Below are positions 11,611 to 23,759 of a stretch of 64,000 bases of DNA, in pieces. Every line of letters starts with the position of its first letter. The first letter of the stretch is position 1. Origin of the DNA: Welwitschia mirabilis (lineage: Eukaryota); the NCBI GenBank assembly GCA_051453625.1, contig JBOZIK010000001.1:35519860-35583859 (forward strand). Direction: 5' to 3'. Under the pieces are notes generated by a model. It did no database searches, was not told the DNA's origin, and worked only from the letters and a program-made list of their open reading frames with translations. Made by a program: the position numbers and the translations under genes.

Positions 11611-14112
11611 ATGAGCTGTCATAGTAAAATAAGTGGTTTCATCTCTCTATACTCTAATAAACTCTATAAGCTTAATCATTACATCATGCTCTATCCATAG
11701 AATGTGATGATGTACCTCCGTGAGTTACTTCTCTGTGTGCTAGATTCTCCTCTCAATGGTAGATATCCTATCTCGAAGCTTAATCCTCATTTAATGATCT
11801 CTCTAAGACTGTAAACTATCTCAACCAAGAGTGCTTGAATTTGATCAATAGTAGCTCCATTTATAAGTCTTTGTACCTAAGGTTTCTCTTACTCTTCTGG
11901 AATATGAATCCTAATGTTCTGTAGGTAGCAAGCTGAAGTCTATAAATGTGTTAAGCTCTACTCTTCTGTAGGCTCAGATATACTAAAGCATCTAAATATC
12001 ACTGAGAAAAAACATAGATATGTTAAAGTCTATAAATACTTGGCCTTAATCATGGATCTAAGTCTTATCTAAATGAAAGTTGAAAGGTCCATCTACTTCC
12101 CTTACTTGGATAATGCCAAAATTTGAAAATGTGCTACCATAGCATGACTACTATGGAAATAATAAGCTAATGTTGTGGATTAACCCTCTATGAAGAATGC
12201 AATAGGCAGGTGTTAAATGTATAACTAAAATTTCCTTTCTATCACCAGTAACATCATCTAGTATATCTAACACTATGCCATAAGTATGATGATTTTTTAT
12301 ACCACCAGCTGTGTGAATATTTATACTCTTGATGCCATCTAAACTAGTGATAGTAGTAGTGTGATTTAAGAGAATCAATACCTCATGGCAATATATAGAT
12401 GCTATAATCATATTAACCAAATGATCATGAACATCTAATCACCTCTCAATGTGTATAGTGTTATAGAATTCTCTGATCTCTGAGGTGAAGTATGATCCAT
12501 GGGCATTAATGATCCATTTGACCTATAGATTTGTCAATCTTTAATTTACCTCTAGATTTAATCAACTCATAAAATAATCAAAGTATCTCTCAATATTGAT
12601 AGAAGCCATCTAGATCGACTAAGAATGTGCTTGTCGAGGTGGAGGATGTACAGGAATAGTGCACTCTATCATGAGTGGAACTAAAGGATTTGCCTCTTGC
12701 TCTATTGGCTTAGCCTCTACCTCAACCTACCTATCTCTAATATGCATGACCCAATCAAACATAAAAATGTAGTGTATCATGTGTATTGAGTGGAAATTGC
12801 AAAAATTATATCTCATGAAAGCTTTAAAATAACCCCATAAATTGATTTTTTTAGTGTAAAAATTATGAAAATAAGTTCTACTCTCCTCCAATAAAAATAA
12901 TATATTATGTATTAGCTAATAGAACAAATAAAATCACAAGAAAATCAAGAAAAATGAAAAACTACTAAAGTGGATCCCACAAAAGGTCAAAAATTGAAAT
13001 TTTTCAAATGAAAAATCTAATCAAGTAGAAACATAGAGCTCGTTATACTAATCAATTTTGCTAAAATGATCATGCAACTTATAGTTTATGAGGAAATAAG
13101 TTCTAAAGATAAAAACCTAATTCTACCTCATAAAATGCAAATTTCAAATTTCATAAAAAATACATGGTGAAAACTACATTCATAAGTTCAAAATTAGAGA
13201 GCACAAAAAACTAAAAAACATAGGTCCAAAATATGATCTAAAAGGCTAAGAAATAATAGGAAAAATTAAAAATAAGTGAGAGAATAAGAACACACCTCAT
13301 TNNNNNNNNNNNNNNNNNNNNNNNNNNNNNNNNNNNNNNNNNNNNNNNNNNNNNNNNNNNNNNNNNNNNNNNNNNNNNNNNNNNNNNNNNNNNNNNNNNN
13401 NATACTTGACCTTAATCATGGATCTAAGTCTCATCTAAATGAAAGTTGAAAGATCCATCTACTTCCCTTACCTGGATAATGCCAAAATTTGAAGATGTAC
13501 TACTATAGCATGACTGTTTTGGAAATGATGAGTTAATGTTGTGGATTAACCCTCTATGAAGAATGAAATAAGAAGGTTTCAAATGTATAACTAAAATTCC
13601 CCTCTTATCACTAGTAACATCATCTGGTATATCTAATACTATGCCATAAGTGTGATGATCTTTTATACCACTAGCTGAGTAAATATTTATACTCTTGATG
13701 CCATCTAAACTACGATAGTAGTAATGTGGCTCAAGAGAATCAATACATCATGTCCATATGTAGACGCTATAATCATATTAACCAAATGATCATGGACATC
13801 TAATCGCCTCTCAATGTGTATAGTGTTATAGAATTCTCTGATCTCTAAGATGAAGTATAATCTATGAGCATCAATGATCCATTCCAACTATAGATTTATT
13901 AATCTTTAATCCACCTATAGATATAACCAACTCATAAAGTCATCAAAGTATCTCTCAATATGAATAGAAGCCATCTAGATCAACTAAGAACGTGCTTGTC
14001 GAGGTGGAGGATGTACAGGAATAGTGTGCTCTATCATGAGTGAAACCAAAGAACTCGCCTCCTAATTTATTAGCTTAGCCTCTACCTCAACCTACCTAGC
14101 TCTAATAGGCAT
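11611..14112 (-). pseudogene. Decayed Athila-type extra (post-pol, env-position) ORF, two overlapping versions across a gap
   Basis: Peptides EIREFYNTIHI and CILHRGLIHNIS resemble the VREFYAN and LH..I..NI.P motifs of the Athila accessory ORF. It lies between pol and the 3' LTR and has many stops. Confidence 0.6.
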
Positions 14113-15721
14113 GGCCTAATCAAACATAAAAATGTAGTGTATCATGTGTATTGAGTGGAAATTCCAAAAATTATATCTCATGGAAGCTCTAAAATGACCC
14201 CATAAATTGATTTTTTTTGGTGTAAAAATTATGAAAATAATTTCTACTCTCCTCCAAGAAAAATAATATATCATGTATTAGCTAATAAAGTAAATAAAAT
14301 CATAATAAAATCAAGAAAAATAAAAAACTACTAAAGTGGATCCCACAAAAGGTCAAAAATTGAAAGTTTTCAAATGAAAAATCTAATCAAGTAGAAACAT
14401 AGAGCTTATTATCCTAATCAATTTTGCTAAAATGATCATGCAACTTACAGTTTGTGAGGAAATGAGTTCTAAAGATAAAAACCTAATTTTACCTCATAAA
14501 ATGCAAATTTCAAGTTTCATGAAAAATACATGGTAAAAAATAAATTCATAAGTTCAAAATTAGAGAGCACAAAAAACTAAAAAACATAAGTCCAAAATAT
14601 GATCGAAAAGGCTAAGAAATAATAGGAAAAATTAAAAATAAGTGAGAGAATAAGAACACACCTCATTTTCAAAAATTCACTTGAGTCTTACAATCTAGAG
14701 CATTAAATTTGAGAGTGGGGATTTTAACTCAATGGTAGGACCTAGCGTAATACATCTCTCATGAGGGAATGGAGTGAGAAGGCTCAAAAATGGTAAAAAA
14801 TGGTAAATGAAAAAGGCATTCCACAATTTTAACACACTATTATCTGCTCAGGTCATTGAAATGATAACCTGGAGATGACTATTAGAAAAATCTAGATTTT
14901 CATCCTTCATGTCATCTAGATGATTAGGTGGATGATGAGTGTTTGTCAAAATTTTTTAAAAAATTAAATTTTAATAGTTAACAAATTAAGTTTAGAGCTT
15001 AGTGTAGAAATTTTAGATTCAAAAAATAAATATTTGGGGAATATTTTAACAAATATGGAAGTTGAATAATTAAAAGATTAAGCAATAAAAATGTGCTAGG
15101 TGGAATGAAGCATGTCCATAAGTGTCTAACAAACATGCCCTAATGAAAATGATTATGAACAATGTGTAGAACTCAAAAATAATAAAAATAAACATCACAA
15201 AAATTATAAGGAAACTCATCTAATCAAGAATCATCTTTTTATTAAAAACTAAGCAAAGAAACTACTAAATGTTAAGGTCATAAAATAATAAGAAAATATA
15301 GAAGTGACACTGAAATAACTAACTAAATAATGAAAGAAAAATAAAATAAAAAATGGACATAAGGAACATGAAGAAGATATCCTACCTATCCTAAATTCTA
15401 ACTTAGCAAAATCCTATGGAAGGAATCATAGCATCACTTGATTTAAAATGCATGATTAAATGTATGACCTTGTAAAATTCCATTAGATAAGGTAGTGATT
15501 ATGATGATGCTAAAAATTAAATGCTATAAATAATGAGTGATAAGATCAGAGAGTTGCTAAAATATGAACTTACCTAATTACATCTTAAAACATACACTTG
15601 AATCCTCAAGATTGAAATAATCATGTGAAAAGACTAAGAGCCTAAGAAAGAAGTAATTCTTCTGATGATACCAAAAAACATCACTAATTCCATAGCCTTA
15701 AAGTTTTTATTATTTTATTTT

Positions 15722-15885
15722 CCATGATTAGAGGAGTACAATATAGTTAGAGAAGTAAGAACCTATAAAGCATAGCCAACTGACCTCCTAGTGGAGTTTC
15801 CATAGCTACTATGTCACACTGCTAAAGGCCCCTCTCAGGAAACTTTGCCCTGGTGTACTTGAAGTAGGACATCATAGTAACCATA
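15722..15885 (-). other. Conserved post-integrase motif, copy 3
   Basis: As copy 1; keeps gtggag..ccat, cacactgc and gccctggtg. Confidence 0.7.
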
Positions 15886-16279
15886 TTTTTAAGCTAGTTT
15901 AGATATGAAACATCATGGTCTTATTTTTTATAAATTTATTTATTTTAAAAAAATATAAATTCATCATAATCATATACCCTAAAAGATCAATGTGAAGTAG
16001 TGAAATGAAAGACAAAAAAGAATACACCTAAATAGTCAAAGACCCTTCACCTTTGAGAAAAATATAAGAAATAAAGAATATTACTTCAAAATAAAGTTCA
16101 TGAACATGTGGATGTCTTAAGATGGTTAAATTTAATCTTACCACTATAAAATGCCTAAGTACAAAGACTAGTCATGGAAATAAAATAAATACATAAGTCA
16201 TGTTTACAAGATAATCTAGTAATATTATAACCTCCTCCAAAGGAATAAGCTAAGAGAGAATTTAGAAAATAGTAGGAAG

Positions 16280-19200
16280 GAAGTCCTCCTCATTAAGGAG
16301 AACCTCAAGATAAGTGCTTCTATCATATTAAAGATTGCATCGAAAGATTGCTTATATATTTTCAACCTTTATTCATTAACTTTTAGAATTTATTTAGTGG
16401 TTAAGTCAAAATCTTAATAGAGCTATGTACTTTCTTGATAATGTAAGGACTTAACCATTTTAAGTTTAACTTGTTATGTAGAAGATGTACTCTATATTAT
16501 ATAACAAAACTAGTTGACTAGGTTCAAACTTCTTATGGATTAACTTTTATCATGTTTGAACTTATTTTGGGCTTTGTGAATAAGTTGACAATGTATAACT
16601 CGAGTTTGTTTTTCATCTAAATGATATAATTGAGATAAAAAAGTTTTAATATTTTCTTATAAATTTAGAAGATTAAGTTAATGTATAGAATGATAGGAAT
16701 TATAACAAACATCAATAGGTAAAACATAAACTTTACCATATACAAGTTCATAAGGTGATAAATTAAGAGAATTATGCCAAGTAGTACGATAATCTCAAAG
16801 AACATCATTAAATTTAAAATCCCAATATTTCTCATTAGTAGAGACAATTTTATAAAGCATTTTTAAAATGTCTCTATTAGCATTTTTAGCTTGTCCATTG
16901 GTTTTGTGGATGGTAAGCACAAGCTACTCTATGTTCTATTCTAATGGATAAAAGAATTTTCCTAAAAATATGATTGATAAAATGAATTTCTTGATCAGTA
17001 ATAATTATTCAAGAAAAGCCAAAAAATTGAAAAATTTAAGTTCTAACAAAATTACATATAGTTTGGGCATTACTTAAAGAAGTACGGATTACTTCAATCC
17101 ATATAATCACATAATCAATAACCACTAAGATATAGTTTTTATTCTTAGAAGGTGGTTTAATCAGAACTATGAAATTGATTTCTCAATCATCAAAAGATTC
17201 ACATTTAAGACTAGGTTTAAGGGGCATTTCTTGGTAATGTATAATACTACCATAACATTGACATGCATCACACCTTTTAGCATAATTAAAAGAGTCCTAA
17301 AAATGATTAGCCAATAAAATATAGAGTAAAAATTTTTCATTAGTATTTTTTGACTACTAAAATATCCACCAAAAACCCCACCATGATAATGACAAATGAT
17401 ATTTGATTTTTCCCATTCTAACACACATTTTCTCATGATTTAGTTTTTGCATCTATAGTTATGATGTGGCTCTATCTATTCAAAATTACCTATTCTATGG
17501 AGCAAAGATTTTCTATGATTATGAGTTCAATTATATAGTGTTTTTAAAGTAACAAGATAATTGGAAATATTAGCATACCAAGAAGGGAAATGAGTATAAG
17601 ATATAATAAAAAGTTATTCATCTAGAAAAGAATCATTAATAGAAAGATCGTTAAAAGAATAAAGGTGTAATAAATGATCTACTACATTATTATGTTTTCT
17701 TGCCTTATCTATGATGGTAAGATTAAATTCTTACATTAAGAGAATTCATCTAATCAATCTAGCATCAAAATATTTCTTAGTTATTAGGTATCTAATACTT
17801 GCATGATCTATGTAAATGTTTGTATGAAAGCTTAAAAGATAATGTCTAAGATTATTCAGATAAAAGATTATCGCTAATATTTCTCTCTCAATAGTTGTAT
17901 AATTTGTTTAAGCTTTGGATAACTTTTTATTATGGTAAGATATAACTTTAAAATTATTTTCATATTTTTGTTCAAGTATCTCACCCACAGTAATATTACT
18001 AGCATCACACATTAGATTAAAATTATTATTCTAGTTAGATCATATTCTAATAGGTGTAGAAGAGATTTTATCCTTAAGTGCATTGAAAGAAAGCTAACAA
18101 GATTTATTCCATTCAACTTTTACTTCTTTCTCTAGTTACAAGTGAAGGAGTTTCATAATTTTGTATGAAGTGATGATAAAAACCATAATGTCCAAAAAAA
18201 GATTGAANNNNNNNNNNNNNNNNNNNNNNNNNNNNNNNNNNNNNNNNNNNNNNNNNNNNNNNNNNNNNNNNNNNNNNNNNNNNNNNNNNNNNNNNNNNNN
18301 NNNNNNNCCATGTAGTCACATAATCAATAACTACTAAGATGTAATTTTTATCCTTTGAAGGTGGTTTAATTAGACCTATGAAATTGATTTCTCAATCATC
18401 AAAAGATTCACAGTTAAAAATAGGTTTAAGGGGCATTTCTTGAAAATGTATAATACTATCATAACATTGACATACATCACACCTTTTAGCATCATTAAAA
18501 GAGTCCTAAAAACGATTACGCTAATAAAATCTAGAGTAAAAATTACTATTTTTTAACTACTAAAATGTCCATAAACGACTCTACCATGATAAAGACAAAT
18601 GATATTTAATTTTTCCCATTCTAACACACATTTTCTCATGATTTAGTTTTTGCATCTACAGTCAAGATGTGGCTCTATCTATTCAAAATTACTTATTCTA
18701 TGGAGCAAAGATTTTTCTATAATTATGACTTCAATTATATGGTGTTTTTTAAGTAATAAGATAATTGGAAATATTTGCATACCAAAAAGGGAAATGAGTA
18801 GAAAATATAATAAAAAGTTATTCATCTAGAAAAGAATCATTAATATAAAGATCATTAGAAGAAGGAAGGTGTAATAAATGATCTACTACATTATTATGTT
18901 TTCCTGCCTTATCTATGATGGTAAGATTAAATTCTAACATTAAGAGAATTCATCTAATCAATCTAGCATCAAAATATTTCTTAGTTATTAGGTACCTAAT
19001 ACATGATCTATGTAAATGTTTATATGAAAGCTTAAAAGATAATGTCTAAGATTATTAAGACAAAAGATTATGGTTAATATTACTCTCTTAGTAGTTGTAT
19101 AATTTGTTTAAGATATGGATAATTTTTTATTATGATAAGATATAACTTTAAAATTATTTTCATATTTTTGTCCAAGCATCTCACCCACAGTAATATTACT

Positions 19201-20160
19201 AGCATCACACATTAGATCAAAATCCTTATTCCAGTTAGGTCATATCATAATAGGTGTAGAAGAGATTTTATCCTTAATTGTATCGAAAGCAAGCTAACAA
19301 GATTTATTCCATTCAAATTTTAATTCTTTCTCTAGTTACAAGTGAAAGAGTCTACAAATTGTAGCATAATTTGGTATGAAGTGATGATAAAAACTATAAT
19401 GTCCAAAAAACTGTTGAATTTGTTTAATATTGATTGGAGGATTTAAGTCTTTAATGATGCTTACTTTTTTAGGATCCATCCTAATTCCTTTATTAGAAAT
19501 GTGATGACCTAAGAATATTTCATATCAACTAAAAATAAGCTCTTTTCATGACTTAAATAAAGCCATGCTTTATGCATCTATCAAGGATTTTCTATAATAT
19601 TTCTAAGATTTAGTCAAATTTTTTCCCAAATATTGAGAAGTGACCTATAAATATTTCTATCAAATCCTCTAAAATGTTAAAAACGTTACTCATAATATCA
19701 CGTTAAAAAGTTCCAAAAGTTTTTCAAAGTCCAAAAGGAATTCATCTAAAAGCAAACATCCCAAAAGGTGAAGTAAAAGTTGTTTTAGCCTAGTATTCAC
19801 TAGCTATACAAATCTGATTATAGCCACTATATCCATCAAGAAAGCAATAAAAATCATGTTCCTAAATTCTCTCAAGTATTTGGTCAAGAAGGGTAGAGGT
19901 TGATGGTTCTTCTTCATGACTTTATTAAGTTTTCTAAAATCTATGCACATTCTCCATTTCCAATCTTTCTTTCGTGCCACAGTTAAAGGACTAATCCATT
20001 TACTATCTGATATAGCATAAATGATCCTAGCATCCATTAATTTAATGATTTCCTTCTTTACTACTTGTTTAAGTGCTAGATTTCATATCCTCTATAGTTT
20101 CCTAATAGGTTTTGAGTTTTCCTCAAGATAAATTTTATGCTAAACAATAGGATGAGGAAT
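16280..20160 (-). pseudogene. Decayed gypsy pol (RT, RNase H, integrase)
   Basis: RT motif DARIIYAISDSKWISP..KK..WRMCIDFRKLNK...PLPF (19804-20037). Integrase zinc-finger region CH..YHGGVFGGYF..QK (17167-17436). Frameshifts and stops throughout. 17105-18207 recurs at 18309-19415. Confidence 0.9.
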
Positions 20161-21534
20161 GGCTGATAAATATTTATGATATAAAGTAAATACATTAACT
20201 TTAGAATTAAAAAGAGAGATAAAGGTTAATTCTTATTTAGGATAGAGTTTTTTATTAATTATTAAAGATTTGTTTTAATCATTATAGAGAAAAATATATT
20301 CTAGTCCATTGAGTAGAGATTTTCGATTTAGATTCAAATTAAGATTTTCAGTTTTTGTAAAAGATTCATCAAGATTGACCATCATCTTAGATGGTCATTT
20401 AGACATTTTTGCGGCTACTTTTCTCATAAATTTGTATCTATGATTTTGATTAATCAATTTTTGCTTTAATTTTTGGATTTGGTCTAATACAATGGGTATT
20501 ATTCTGTTATGCTCAAAATATGAAAGGAGTTTAAAAACTAAAACTTTCATAATAAAATAATTTATTAAAAGCATGTTATAATAAAAAAATATTAAGTATA
20601 ATTTGTATTGTGAATGGATTTACGAATAAAGTAATGAATTAAAAAGATGAATAAAATTTATTAGATTCTCATATGGGTAAATACATGTATTTAAATAACT
20701 AGTCCAAATGTCATACCATAAACGTCTTGAGAATTTATCCAAATAATAGTGATGTAAATTTTGATCAAAGTTCTAAATTTAGATATAAATTTCTTTCATC
20801 TCTAAGCTATCTGATAGTATTTGAAAACTATTTTGTGGTTAATATTTTCATTAAATCTAAAAGAGAATTGCTTTTCAATGTTATATAAGAAACAAAATAA
20901 TAGAAGAAGTTGAAGATTTAATAAGCAAAACTAGATTAATTACATACAGAGAACTTAATATCACTTTTAAATAATACAAGAAGTTCTATATTGGAAAATA
21001 CATTAAAAAAACTAAAATAAGAATTAAATATTGAGCTAAGAATTTTCCTAGCATTGTGTTAGAGTTTTGATCTCTACTAATTTGCTTGCATACCTGTGAT
21101 GCTGCTGTTGCTATGGCCTTACCATTCGCATTCATTTTCTTGCTATTTTTTATCTGTCTCTCTAATCTTTTGCCTCACTCTGATGCATGTTGTATCATCT
21201 CTTGTTTTAGCTCTACATTCATCCTTTGTGATATTTCTCCATCTCTGTGTTTTTTGGTTGTGTGTTTACCCCTATGATATGTGTTGTTTCTTATTTCTAA
21301 TCATTTCATTCCCTAATGCATTCCTGTTTTTGAATGTCATTCTCCCCTCAAGTAATAGCCAAGATGTAAGAATTGCTTTTTTATTATAGGAATTCTGTTG
21401 CTGAAGTAAAATATTCTTAGCTCTATTATGTAGCTGATCTAAAAAACTCAACAAAATAATGTTGCATCTATTAGCATTCACTCTTAGAACAGCCTCCAAA
21501 TTCTTCAACTTGTTATACTTTTCTTTACACTATC

Positions 21535-22281
21535 CCTAGTCCCTAGGTTCATAGACAGACGTAGTACTAACCAATCATTCTGATTTAGCTGGTGAATCAT
21601 CCCTTGTAGTTTATTTTGGAGATATGCTCATTTATTTTATCCCTACAGTAGGGGATGAGCTCCTGGTGGTGCACCCACTAATGTTGCAGTTGCAATTATA
21701 AGGTTAAGTGGTGATTTTGCTTTCATTGAAAAGGTTTATGTAGATGAGTTTGGTTGCATGCTTGCTAATATTTTGGATAAAAATAATGTAGACAATAAAG
21801 GTATGTGTTTTAATGCTAATGCTCGAAGTGCACTAGCATTTGTCACATTAATATCTAATGGTGAGTATGAATTCACATTCTATAGAAACTTAAGTATAGA
21901 CATGCTACTTATAGAGTTGAAACTTGAAGGTGATCTCTTAAAAAAGATCAACATTTTACATTATGGGTCTATTATCTTAATTGCTAAACCTTGTAAATCT
22001 ACATAGTTAGTAATAATGAAAATTACAAAGGATTCTAAGGTTCTTCTTTCATATGATCCTAATTTGAGGCTACCACTATGGTTGTTAGCTGAGTCAATTT
22101 GCATAAGTATTCAGAGCATATGAGATAAAGTAAATAGCATACATATAAATGAAGATAAGATCACATTTTAACTGAAGGTGAAGATTCTTGTGATGATGCT
22201 ATTATGTGCAAACTTTTCCATCTTAATATCAAGTTGCTTCTTGTGATAGAAGGCCAAGATGGATGTAGGTATTATACAAAG
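21535..22281 (+). pseudogene. FRK: Intron-less fructokinase (pfkB family, plastid FRK type) fragment, copy A
   Basis: Continuous ESSLVV.FG.MLI.FIPTVG, APGGAPTNVAV, DEFGCMLANIL..NNV..KGM.F..NARSALAFVTL...GE.EF.FYRN, HYGSI.LI..PCKS, LLSYDPNLRLPLW, KLLLV.EG.DGCRYYTK. Stops and frameshifts present; the C-terminal DTTGAGD region is absent. Confidence 0.92.
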
Positions 22282-22393
22282 AAGAGATTCAATTACTGGT
22301 TAAACATCACATCACACTTTTTGGAATGTCAGTATATGTTGAAATTTTATAAAGGTGATTGTGATATTTGTTTCCAAGCCTGATGATTATGAT

Positions 22394-22650
22394 AGCTTGC
22401 TAATGACTCAATGTGATAATCCATCTACAAATAGTAAAAAGATAAAGAATTAGGGTTCTATGATCATTTTGAAGTATATTAATTTTCTTTTAATTATAGT
22501 TGATGTAGCTACAAAGAGAATAACATATGCAATGCATTCGTCTATTAATAATTCTATTTCAAAAGGATATGACAGTTCTTTAGGTTTTGATAACATGCTC
22601 CATTTGACTTTAGTGGGAATTAACAATCTAATGGGCTAGCAAGATATTAG
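22394..22650 (+). pseudogene. ACC: Fragment of homomeric acetyl-CoA carboxylase (central domain), copy A
   Basis: K..GSMIILKYINFLLIIVDVA...T.AM...NMLHLTLVGINNLM resembles plant ACC1 KWGAMVIIKSLQFLPSIISAALRET...GNMMHIAIVGINNQM. Confidence 0.75.
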
Positions 22651-22658
22651 ATATTGAC

Positions 22659-23652
22659 ATGCATAGGGAGAGACCCAAGCTTAGATGCCACAAAAACAAG
22701 ACATGAATTTTTCTCATTTTGCTTACTCTTTAGTATGATACTCAGTCATTGCTTTCCAAATTATTTACTTAAAAAGAAGTCACTGTAACATATCTTCTGT
22801 ACTTGCTTGTGAATTCACAAAGGTTCTATGTGCTTTAATATTAATGTTACAAGATGTAATCTTAGAAAAAATAAGAAAGGAATGGATTCTTTTGGGTTTG
22901 TTAATGATTTCAAGATTTCCAAATACTATTTATGTTTTGTAGAATAGCATATTACAACTTTCTTATTGAAATTGTGACTCTCTTATCTTCATAATGCTTA
23001 ACTAGAAAAAGATACTTTTCACTGCTCTTTTCATGCATTTCGTTTGATGGTAGAAGAAGTTACCATAATAAATTGGGGCTTTGTTTCTATTAATTGTAGT
23101 GGCTTTGCTTCTCAGTATAGGAGAGAAAATTCGTCATGGTTTTAAGGATATTAATCATGAGCGTGCATTTGTTTTTAATGTCATACTTATGATTATTAAT
23201 TCTATATTGTATAAACTTATATTCTCACTTTTCCAGTGGACATCATAGGTCAAGAAAAGAAGTTCATAATCAATGACCATTGAGATGTCTATAGTTGGAT
23301 GCTTGTATATGTTGACAAGCATATTTAAATCATCTGATGGCAAAGCTATAAGAGAGAAAGTTTTCTTTTTCCTTTTTTCTTTTTTCTTTTTTTCTGGTTG
23401 ATACTTGCAACTCTTATCCCTATTTTTATGAATGAAATTGAAGGCATTTTAGTTGGAACTGTTACTACTCAATCTAGTGTTATATAGAAGGGATTTATTA
23501 TTGTATCCACTCTAATTGTAACAACCTTCTTATAGTTTATATTTGATGGTATACCTCCTTATGTGTATGTATTGATGACCTTACCTCTCATGGTTACTAG
23601 CATCATTATTTATCAAAAGTACCCCTATAAAGAAAAAGAAAAGAAATTATAA
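22659..23652 (+). pseudogene. ROCK1: Full-length intron-less nucleotide-sugar transporter copy (ROCK1/At5g65000 type), copy A
   Basis: Collinear over ~1 kb: LLTL*YD.Q, SSVLACE..KVLCALILM, KEWILLG, *NSILQLSY, IGALFLLI...LLSIGE, QW.S*VKKRSS..MTIEMSIVG, DGKAIR, GILVG.VT....KGFIIVS.LIVT, YQKYPYKEKEKKL-stop. Many C>T/G>A stops. Confidence 0.88.
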
Positions 23653-23759
23653 GAGATAATACTTTACTGACCTACTACACTAGAATGTGCTGGTTCAGCT
23701 TTCTCCTTTACTTTTCAATGTATTATAAAATTTCATTTGATATCCTATTTTTTTTAAAA

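Larger units (their letters stand above)
10146..21020 (-). mobile_element. Athila-like Ty3/gypsy element, copy A (pol, conserved motif, extra ORF), interrupted at 10145 by the nested element
   Basis: Order on minus: RT-RNaseH-INT (20160-16280), motif 15722-15885, non-coding spacer, extra ORF (14112 downward). Collinear with 44380-51190. Confidence 0.85.

Noticed and set aside
15660-15885. Hammerhead-like CTGATGA and twister-like CACTGCCAA strings near or in the conserved motif
   Set aside because: The rest of each catalytic core (GAAA/UH geometry; GGUCCCAAGCCC) is not present, and CTGATGA is not conserved among copies.
21086-21508. Hydrophobic, Cys-rich small ORFs (also 51254-51473) resembling secreted peptides
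   Set aside because: No recognisable family, T/C-rich compositional bias, and overlapping frames of similar length, so coding status is unsupported.
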